From a virus (Duplodnaviria; Heunggongvirae; Uroviricota; Caudoviricetes), in the IMG/VR virus record IMGVR_UViG_3300023179_004209, positions 231,832 through 295,831 of that record: a stretch of DNA of 64,000 nt; one strand, given 5' to 3'. Positions 45,531 through 51,726 of the stretch are shown one piece after another. Made by a program: the position numbers and the translations under genes. The notes beneath the pieces were generated by a model that was not told the DNA's origin, made no database searches, and saw only the letters and a list, made by a program, of their open reading frames with translations. Positions within the stretch are counted from its first letter, which is position 1, and each line of letters opens with the position of its first letter.

Positions 45531-45606
45531 GTCCCTATAGCTCAAACGGATAGAGCATCTGCCTTCTAAGCAGATGATCCAGGTTCGATTCCTGGTGGGG
45601 ATACCA
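45531..45606 (+). tRNA. tRNA-Arg (anticodon TCT)
   Basis: hand-folded cloverleaf. Acceptor GTCCCTA/TGGGGAT with wobbles; D-stem GCTC/GAGC; anticodon arm TCTGC-CTTCTAA-GCAGA; T-arm CCAGG-TTCGATT-CCTGG; A+CCA. Confidence 0.7.
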
Positions 45607-45668
45607 TTTTTTGAACATATTTATAAATTTGTATATATTTATATGTTCAAACTTCTCTAAAAAAGAAG

Positions 45669-45696
45669 TTGATTCTTTGAAAATTTGCGGTAAGAT
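45669..45696 (+). promoter_or_regulatory. promoter TTGATT-N17-TAAGAT followed by the AGTAGTAAGT..GTTCTTT motif
   Basis: one of four promoters in the RNA cluster followed by GTAGTAAGT. Confidence 0.45.
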
Positions 45697-45823
45697 AAAG
45701 AAGTAGTAAGTAATTTGTTCTTTCAGCATGGTGGGAGAAGCACTCCTCTAGAACATCTTCGTATGGCGGAACTGCCTTGACCTTTAATCAAAGGGGGTCA
45801 CCAACGAAAGAAACAAATTACTG

Positions 45824-45852
45824 TTGACAAAAGAATAAATCGTGGTAAGATA
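45824..45852 (+). promoter_or_regulatory. promoter TTGACA-N17-TAAGAT followed by AGTAGTAAGTTCTTTAAAA
   Basis: as above. Confidence 0.5.
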
Positions 45853-45936
45853 AAAAAGTAGTAAGTTCTTTAAAATAAAAATATGAAAGTAAAGGATTAC
45901 TAATCTTTTGCTTATAATGTATAATATATATTCTAT

Positions 45937-46368
45937 ATGGAACATAGTAAACAAAAAGGCAATTTAGGATTTTCTGCAACTCTCAAAGAATTACATAAAC
46001 TTGGATATAATGTATTTACTGAAGTTGGAGATTACTCTAAAATAGATATGATAGTTGAGGTAAAGAATAAATTAATTAAACTTCAAGTTAAATACATTAC
46101 GGATTCAAATGGAAAAGTAACTTTAAACTTACAAAAAAGTGGACCAAATGGGTATAGATACAAGTATACAGAACTTGATATAGATTTGTTCAGTATTTAC
46201 TTACCTACTTTAGATAAAGTAATTTTTGTACCTGCTAAATTAGCTTGTAAGAATACTAAAGCATTTAGCATTAGATTTAATGAAAGTAAAAATCATCAAA
46301 GTAAACATATTAATTATATAAGTGAATTTGAAGATTTAAATAAAACACTAAACAATTTAGTTCTTTAA
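45937..46368 (+). CDS. hypothetical protein embedded in the tRNA cluster
   Basis: ORF; stop codon lies within the GTTCTTTAAAA motif. Confidence 0.5.
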   Translation: MEHSKQKGNLGFSATLKELHKLGYNVFTEVGDYSKIDMIVEVKNKLIKLQVKYITDSNGKVTLNLQKSGPNGYRYKYTELDIDLFSIYLPTLDKVIFVPAKLACKNTKAFSIRFNESKNHQSKHINYISEFEDLNKTLNNLVL

Positions 46369-46375
46369 AATTTAT

Positions 46376-46451
46376 GGGATTGTAGCTCAATTGGCAGAGC
46401 AGTTCGCTTTTAACGAATTGGTTGACGGTTCAAGTCCGTCCGGTCCCACCA
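46376..46451 (+). tRNA. tRNA-Lys (anticodon TTT)
   Basis: GGGATTG..CGGTCCC acceptor; anticodon loop CTTTTAA; T-arm GACGG-TTCAAGT-CCGTC; A+CCA. Confidence 0.7.
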
Positions 46452-46457
46452 TTTAAT

Positions 46458-46532
46458 GGCGTTATCGTCTATCGGCTAGGACACTGGACTTTCACTCCGG
46501 TAAGAGGGGTTCGATTCCCCTTAACGCTACCA
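46458..46532 (+). tRNA. tRNA-Glu (anticodon TTC)
   Basis: GGCGTTA..TAACGCT acceptor; anticodon loop CTTTCAC; T-arm GGGG-TTCGATT-CCCC. Confidence 0.65.
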
Positions 46533-46721
46533 TTTTGTTTGTCCGTTGCTTAAAAGAAACGGAATGGTGGAGGGTAAATAACCAAAACACCCCTAGAGTT
46601 GGAAGTTCTCTTAAAAAACTTCTTGGTTGCGGGGATGAGTCATGGTATACTTTGTTTGTTGGGTGGACAAAGTATTCAATAAACACACCCAACACAATTT
46701 ATATAGTTCTTTAAAATTCAA

Positions 46722-46878
46722 TAGCTGGCGGCAGGTTAGATCTGGGGGTGGCTCATAACCATTCATTAAGTAGGTGCGATTCCTATGCTTCAGCAACCAT
46801 TTGAATGGCTGGGGTTTCAGCAAACGACGAATCCTCATAAGGTTTGTTAAGTGGGGGCAGCACCCATACCAGCTACCA
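46722..46878 (+). ncRNA. tRNA-like / mini tmRNA-like element (acceptor-like stem + T-like arm + CCA; internal GCA AAC GAC GAA TCC TCA TAA)
   Basis: 5' TAGCTGG pairs with 3' CCAGCTA followed by CCA; hairpin GTGGG-GGCAGCA-CCCAT; exact 12-mer of canonical tmRNA tag start at 46820. Confidence 0.3.
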
Positions 46879-46970
46879 TTTACGCCCGGAGAATATCCGA
46901 TCAATACGCAACACGGAAAGAAACCTCCTCTAAAGGGAAACTTGCTAGTAGCGGGCGACGATTTTAGATG

Positions 46971-46998
46971 TTGACAAAACATCAATGTGTGATAAGAT
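46971..46998 (+). promoter_or_regulatory. promoter TTGACA-N16-TAAGAT
   Basis: drives short RNA ending at terminator 47109-47141. Confidence 0.5.
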
Positions 46999-47004
46999 GA
47001 TTTT

Positions 47005-47141
47005 AAGGTTAGTTGAGTCCGTTACCTTAGATTAAAAACTCAACAGTGTTTGATCAGAGCTTCTATAATAAATGATCTCTCGACCAGTAGATAGCTGGTT
47101 ACATTTTCAGTGGTTTTGAAGATAAAACCACTCGGATTTTT
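47005..47141 (+). ncRNA. putative small RNA between promoter and terminator
   Basis: hairpin GTTGAGT..ACTCAAC and terminator hairpin AGTGGTTTT..AAAACCACT + TTTTT; no ORF. Confidence 0.4.
47109..47141 (+). terminator. Rho-independent terminator
   Basis: 9-bp stem + CGGATTTTT. Confidence 0.6.
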
Positions 47142-47166
47142 AGTTAGTTCTTTAACAAAACAATTT

Positions 47167-47252
47167 GCGGGGTGTCAGAAGTCTGGTATCTGGCTACGCT
47201 CATAACGTAGTGCCATTTGGCCTCGGAGGTTCAAATCCTCCCCCCGCTACCA
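47167..47252 (+). tRNA. long-variable-arm tRNA with anticodon CAT (identity uncertain)
   Basis: D-stem CAGA/TCTG; anticodon arm CTACG-CTCATAA-CGTAG; 14-nt variable arm; T-arm GGAGG-TTCAAAT-CCTCC; 6-bp acceptor GCGGGG/CCCCGC; ends ..TACCA. Confidence 0.5.
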
Positions 47253-47258
47253 TTTAGT

Positions 47259-47350
47259 GGCCTCAAGATGTAAGGTGCATGGGGAGACTTATAATCTCTA
47301 TAATCGCTCGATTGGCGTTCTGGGCAGTTCGATTCTGCATGAGGCTACCA
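47259..47350 (+). tRNA. type II tRNA, Leu/Tyr-like body with anticodon loop CTTATAA (apparent anticodon TAT)
   Basis: acceptor GGCCTCA/TGAGGCT; anticodon stem GGAGA/TCTCT; long variable arm; T-loop TTCGATT; A+CCA. Confidence 0.5.
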
Positions 47351-47529
47351 TTTTTGATCGTGTAATGGAATTAGACATACGGATGATGGGTAGCACAAAG
47401 TTACGTTACTTGGAGTGGTTTCCAAGTGTAGTTGAAGCAAATTGTGTCCATCAGACGGGTGCTAGATATAGTCTAACCAACCTTGAAACTAGTTGTGGGT
47501 ATTCCAGTCCCACCACGATCACATTTTAC

Positions 47530-47613
47530 GGGTGTGTGATGTAATGGCAGCCATGCAGCACTCAAAATGCTGTGGAGAAATCCGTGGGGGTTCAAGTCCC
47601 TCCATACCCACCA
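47530..47613 (+). tRNA. tRNA-Leu (anticodon CAA)
   Basis: acceptor GGGTGTG/CATACCC; anticodon arm CAGCA-CTCAAAA-TGCTG; long variable arm; T-loop TTCAAGT; A+CCA. Confidence 0.6.
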
Positions 47614-47660
47614 TTTTTATTGTTCATTGAAAATTAGTAGACGCAAAGTAATTTGTATTT

Positions 47661-48350
47661 ATGTCTTCCAAAATACTACTTATTAGTATGAAAAAGATAG
47701 ATATACAAGAGTTAACAATTGCAACAAAAACATCTATATCATACGCTGAAGTTTTAAAAAAGTTAAGACTGAAGCAAAGTGGTTCAATGCAAAGTCGTAT
47801 TAAGAACGAGATTAAAAATCTTGGACTAGATATTAGTCACTTTACTGGACAAGCGTGGTGTAGAGGTAAAAATTCTTATCAAGACAAAAGAATAAGAAAC
47901 AAATATTCTGATGAAATTATTTTTACTGAAAATAGTAATGTTTCAAACGTTGTAGTAAAAAACAGATTGAAGTCAAATCCAAATTATATACATAAATGTG
48001 AATTATGTTCTATTAAAGAGTGGTATGACCCGTTTGAAAACAAAATCAAACCAGTAAATTTAGAACTTGACCATATAAATGGCAATGAAAGAGATAACAG
48101 AAAAGAAAATTTAAGATTGATTTGTTCTAATTGTCATAGTTTTACTCCTACATATAAAGGGAGAAACATTAATAAAACTTTTAGAAATGGTGAAAAGAAA
48201 ATATCTGATGATGTTTTGATAGAACAATTAAAAACAAAAAACATAAGACAAACTTTAATTTCAGTTGGAATGTCTGCTTCTGGTGAAAATTATGAAAGAT
48301 GTAAAATTTTGAAAAACCAGTTGACAACAAAGAATGATGTGGTAAGATGA
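47661..48350 (+). CDS. HNH homing endonuclease inserted between tRNA genes
   Basis: ELDHINGNERDNRKENLRLICSNCHSF HNH motif. Confidence 0.7.
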   Translation: MSSKILLISMKKIDIQELTIATKTSISYAEVLKKLRLKQSGSMQSRIKNEIKNLGLDISHFTGQAWCRGKNSYQDKRIRNKYSDEIIFTENSNVSNVVVKNRLKSNPNYIHKCELCSIKEWYDPFENKIKPVNLELDHINGNERDNRKENLRLICSNCHSFTPTYKGRNINKTFRNGEKKISDDVLIEQLKTKNIRQTLISVGMSASGENYERCKILKNQLTTKNDVVR

Positions 48351-48351
48351 A
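48323..48351 (+). promoter_or_regulatory. promoter TTGACA-N17-TAAGAT inside the 3' end of the HNH gene, followed by AGTAGTAAGT..GTTCTTTAAAA
   Basis: same architecture as 45824 promoter. Confidence 0.5.
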
Positions 48352-48387
48352 AGAGTAGTAAGTGATGGTTCTTTAAAAACTTTTAGT

Positions 48388-48476
48388 GGGCAAGTGGCGA
48401 AATTGGAGAACCGCAAGGGACTTAAAATCCCTTACATTAGAAACGCTGTGGGTTCGAATCCCACCTTGCCTACCAT
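48388..48476 (+). tRNA. tRNA-Leu (anticodon TAA)
   Basis: acceptor GGGCAAG/CTTGCCT; anticodon arm AGGGA-CTTAAAA-TCCCT; long variable arm; T-arm GTGGG-TTCGAAT-CCCAC; A+CCA. Confidence 0.65.
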
Positions 48477-48499
48477 TTTTTGATAGTTCTTTAACAATT

Positions 48500-48810
48500 T
48501 AAGATAGTGGCGGAACAACAATTAGTTTAGTTGTAACGCACAATATATGGCGTTGAAAAACGTTGTATATTGGTTGGAGTAAGAATCATGGAGGGTAAGT
48601 CTATGGAGAATTTGAGGTCGTTCAACCTCAAATTTGAGCGTATCGGGACCGTAGCTAAAATTTAAATGATAAATCGTAGCCCGTTGTGGGGAAAACAAAA
48701 TCCCATCAGTCATCAACACAAGGAGTAATTACCCGTGTGGACTGTGGATGAATAACCAGTCATGATTAAGAAACTTGGAGGTAATCATTAGTCCTTCCTA
48801 TTTTGATTTA
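48500..48810 (+). ncRNA. uncharacterized structured non-coding segment
   Basis: no ORF; hairpins GAGGTCGTTCAACCTC, CGTTGAAAAACG; preceded by GTTCTTTAACA motif. Confidence 0.25.
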
Positions 48811-48814
48811 ATAT

Positions 48815-48887
48815 GCGGGTCAAGTGTAAAGAGAGCACGTTAGTCTACCAGACTAAAAGGCGAAATGCAAAGTTCGGACCCGCTCCA
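48815..48887 (+). ncRNA. tRNA-like RNA lacking an anticodon loop
   Basis: 7-bp acceptor GCGGGTC/GACCCGC + T + CCA. D-like hairpin GTG/CAC. Middle arm is 6-7-bp stem TTAGTCT/AGACTAA with 3-5-nt loop. T-like hairpin CGAA/TTCG. Confidence 0.35.
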
Positions 48888-48897
48888 TTTTAGTAAT

Positions 48898-48990
48898 GGC
48901 TCTGTGATGTATGGTGCATGGGCAGACTTATAATCTGTATAATCCCTAGATTTGGGTGCTGATAGGGTTCAATTCCCTACGGAGCCACCA
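48898..48990 (+). tRNA. type II tRNA paralog of 47259..47350, anticodon loop CTTATAA (apparent anticodon TAT)
   Basis: acceptor GGCTCTG/CGGAGCC; anticodon stem GCAGA/TCTGT; about 24-nt variable region; T-arm TAGGG-TTCAATT-CCCTA; A+CCA. Confidence 0.5.
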
Positions 48991-49000
48991 TTTTAAATAT

Positions 49001-49112
49001 GGATCAATAGCTCAATTGGTTAGAGCGAAGAACTCTTTCTCTGCTTATAAACTAAAAGTATAAGTAGGAAATAATTCTTGGGTTATCGGTTCAAGTCCGG
49101 TTTGATCCACCA
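49001..49112 (+). tRNA. tRNA gene with about 35-nt insertion in the anticodon loop (possibly CAT anticodon after removal)
   Basis: acceptor GGATCAA/TTGATCC + A + CCA. D-arm GCTC-AATTGGTTA-GAGC. Anticodon stem AAGAA/TTCTT encloses 42 nt beginning CT and ending AA. T-arm ATCGG-TTCAAGT-CCGGT. Confidence 0.5.
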
Positions 49113-49115
49113 TCT

Positions 49116-49655
49116 TTAAAGATTAATTAATCCACCGTGTAATTCTCCATGACAGTTTCTGCATACAAGAATACACTTGTCAAGTTCAGTTTTTAATTTG
49201 TCAAAAGAATATGTTCTTAAATCGGAAATAGAATATTCTTTTTCGTTTGGATTGGTATGATGAAAATCCAATGATCCTATGTATTTATTATAACCACAAA
49301 AAACACATTTACCGCCTTTCATATCAACACATTTTTCCTTTAATTCTTTTTGCTTTTTATAAGCAATTTCATCATTACATTTTTTACACCAACTATGTAT
49401 TTTTCCATTTGAACTTATATAGAAATTATTTTTGTTTAATTCTTTTTGAGATTTACATTTTGGACATATTTTCAATTCAATTCCATTTTCATTTTTAATA
49501 ATTTCTTTTTTTCTAGTTTTATATATTGGTTTTGTTTTTAATCCAAATTTTTTCAACCAATGCCTGACTGTGGTTTGTCCTTTTCCTATACTTTTTGCAA
49601 TTTGATGCGTTGATAGTCCTTGTTCAATCATTAATGTCAAATCAGATTCATTCAT
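49116..49655 (-). CDS. HNH endonuclease with N-terminal HTH
   Basis: CRNCHGELHGG, FHHTNPNEKE, multiple CxxC; HTH QIAKSIGKGQTTVRHWLKKFG. Confidence 0.65.
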   Translation of the reverse strand: MNESDLTLMIEQGLSTHQIAKSIGKGQTTVRHWLKKFGLKTKPIYKTRKKEIIKNENGIELKICPKCKSQKELNKNNFYISSNGKIHSWCKKCNDEIAYKKQKELKEKCVDMKGGKCVFCGYNKYIGSLDFHHTNPNEKEYSISDLRTYSFDKLKTELDKCILVCRNCHGELHGGLINL

Positions 49656-49730
49656 AGTTCAATAAAGTTATATTTTACATTTATAAATATAAATGAACTA
49701 ATTGAAAATCGTTAAAATTATTCAATAAAA

Positions 49731-49760
49731 AACCCCGTCATTAATTTGACGGGGTTTATT
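49731..49760 (-). terminator. Rho-independent terminator (strong on minus strand)
   Basis: CCCCGTCA..TGACGGGG with A-run before and T-run on complement. Confidence 0.65.
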
Positions 49761-49771
49761 GCTTTATATGA

Positions 49772-50395
49772 TTAAGGATTGATTGGATCTGGTGGTGTAG
49801 GAGACATGATTGTTAATGTTGCTGGATTGCTTGTTACGGTTTGACCGTTGTTTCCAGAAACGATAACTGTATAAGAACCTGCGTCACTTTCTTGAACACT
49901 TGCAATTGTATAAGTTGAATTAGTAGCATCAACTATATTTGTACCATCTTTAGTCCATTGGTAAGATAGATCTGATGGACCACTTGCAACCACAGTAAAT
50001 GTTAATGATGAACCAGTTGGAACTGCTTGATTAGCTGGTTGTTGTACAATTGAAGGTGGCAACCAAGGTAGAGGTAGAATTACTACTGGTGGATTGATTT
50101 GATTATCAATTTGATTTTGAACATTGGTTTCGTAACTATTTTTTTGTTCAGTACCCATCGAATCCCAAACCCATCCAAGAACTTGATCTTGAGTTAATTG
50201 GTTATAAGGAGTAAATTGTGAACCAGAATGATATGTTACTCCTGTTGCGCCATAAACTCTACCATTATATGTGATATTATTTACTGTTTCGGAACCAACG
50301 CAGTCCCAATGAACTGTAAATACTACATCTGTGTTTTGTTCATATGTAGGATAACATTCTAATGTTCCCACTCTCCAATTAATTGTTGCGCTCAT
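49772..50395 (-). CDS. protein with C-terminal Ig-like domain (N-terminal domain paralogous to next gene)
   Basis: TGSSLTFTVVASGPSDLSYQWTKDG..DAGSYTVIVSGNNG I-set-like pattern. Confidence 0.55.
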   Translation of the reverse strand: MSATINWRVGTLECYPTYEQNTDVVFTVHWDCVGSETVNNITYNGRVYGATGVTYHSGSQFTPYNQLTQDQVLGWVWDSMGTEQKNSYETNVQNQIDNQINPPVVILPLPWLPPSIVQQPANQAVPTGSSLTFTVVASGPSDLSYQWTKDGTNIVDATNSTYTIASVQESDAGSYTVIVSGNNGQTVTSNPATLTIMSPTPPDPINP

Positions 50396-50409
50396 ATTAT
50401 TTTATTAAA

Positions 50410-50793
50410 TTAAGGTTGTACACTACCAGTTGATTGCCATGGTAGAGGTAAGTTTACGATTGTAGGATTGATCATTTGTTGAACTTGATCGGTAACATAA
50501 TTATCGATTGCATCTTTTTGAGATCCGATTTGTCCAAATACCCATCCCATAACAATTTGATTTGTTAGTTGGCTGAATGGAACAAAGCTACCACTATCCC
50601 ATGATCCACTATTTAATGTTAATTCTGTAGTATTTGGGTAGTATGTTTTTACTTCGCTTCCACTTTGTGGTCCTACTTGAGCTATACCAGAACCGATACA
50701 ACTCCATCCTACTTTAACTACTACATCTGTATATTGATCGTATTGAGTATAACATTGTATACTGTCAACATTGTAATTGATTGTTACTGCCAT
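50410..50793 (-). CDS. paralog of N-terminal domain of 49772..50395
   Basis: MAVTINYNVDSIQCY vs MSATINWRVGTLECY; shared VILPLPW motif. Confidence 0.5.
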   Translation of the reverse strand: MAVTINYNVDSIQCYTQYDQYTDVVVKVGWSCIGSGIAQVGPQSGSEVKTYYPNTTELTLNSGSWDSGSFVPFSQLTNQIVMGWVFGQIGSQKDAIDNYVTDQVQQMINPTIVNLPLPWQSTGSVQP

Positions 50794-50880
50794 AAATTAT
50801 AAAATTCCTTTCGGCATATAAATATTGACAAAAGTTCAAATCGTGTTAGTATTTAATAACAATTAATAAATATAAACTAT

Positions 50881-51120
50881 ATGGCACACTTTGTAAAACT
50901 ATCGGTATTGGATCCTGGTCATGATGATATGGAAAATCAGAACAATAGAAAATATAATCCACAATTAATTAATTTGGATATGGTAATTAATGTAGAACAA
51001 TCTAAAGTTCACAGTTTAATTTTTACCAAGAATAATTTGACGCATCCGATTAGAGTGAGAGAGAGTCTTGATGAGATTCTTTCTTTGTCACGGGGATGTA
51101 ATAAAGTTTTGAATGGATAA
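50881..51120 (+). CDS. hypothetical small protein
   Basis: ORF; divergent promoter region 50800-50880. Confidence 0.45.
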   Translation: MAHFVKLSVLDPGHDDMENQNNRKYNPQLINLDMVINVEQSKVHSLIFTKNNLTHPIRVRESLDEILSLSRGCNKVLNG

Positions 51121-51129
51121 ATACTATAT

Positions 51130-51444
51130 ATGAGTATGATAAAAAAGTTTTTTAAAACAGTTATTAATAAGTTTGGTTGTGATGAGTGTCATAATAAGGA
51201 ATTATTGATGGCTGTTTTGGAGAGTAATAAACAACAAATTGAAAGGTTAAATAATATTATGTCAGCACTAACTAATCTACAAGACGCATTGAATCGTTTG
51301 ACTACCGCAACTGATACTGCAGTAACAGTATTGAACACTCCACATCCAACCGAAGAAGCACTACAAGCTGCTGCTGATTTGGTAAATTCACAAGCTGCTC
51401 GTTTGGAAGCTGCTAGTGATAACGATCCAACTACTGTAGCCTAA
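51130..51444 (+). CDS. hypothetical protein
   Basis: ORF. Confidence 0.5.
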   Translation: MSMIKKFFKTVINKFGCDECHNKELLMAVLESNKQQIERLNNIMSALTNLQDALNRLTTATDTAVTVLNTPHPTEEALQAAADLVNSQAARLEAASDNDPTTVA

Positions 51445-51453
51445 TTTATAGTT

Positions 51454-51705
51454 ATGTTTGGATCAACAGAAGGACAGAGACCGCAACAGAAACTAAGTGT
51501 AAAAGACACCAGTGAAGTTGTATGTGATACTTGTAAAGGTAATGTGTTTAGTGAAGGAATGTTTTTACGAAAGGTAAGTGCTTTACTTACTGGACAACCA
51601 AAAGATTCATATCTTCCTATTGCTACATTTTACTGTGTCAAGTGTCATACAGTTAATGATTGTTTTATTCCAGAGGAATTGAAGAATAAGATTCAATTGA
51701 TTTAA
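51454..51705 (+). CDS. zinc-ribbon small protein
   Basis: CDTCKG..CVKCH. Confidence 0.5.
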   Translation: MFGSTEGQRPQQKLSVKDTSEVVCDTCKGNVFSEGMFLRKVSALLTGQPKDSYLPIATFYCVKCHTVNDCFIPEELKNKIQLI

Positions 51706-51726
51706 TTGTAATATAAGTAGAGTATA

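Noticed and set aside
45722-45805. Possible tRNA after the 45669 promoter
   Set aside because: Contains hairpins (GGAG..CTCC, CCTTT..AAGGG) but I could not fold an acceptor stem or anticodon arm. Left as unassigned spacer.
46722-46878. Calling this a canonical or two-piece (permuted) tmRNA
   Set aside because: Only about 157 nt, with no recognisable pseudoknots. The two-piece pairing alternative (46790s with 46808s) does not form. The tag ANDESS lacks a hydrophobic C-terminus. Kept only as a low-confidence tmRNA-like hypothesis.
47257-47544. 95-aa plus-strand ORF
   Set aside because: Covers a type II tRNA gene and the structured spacer. Explained by RNA genes.
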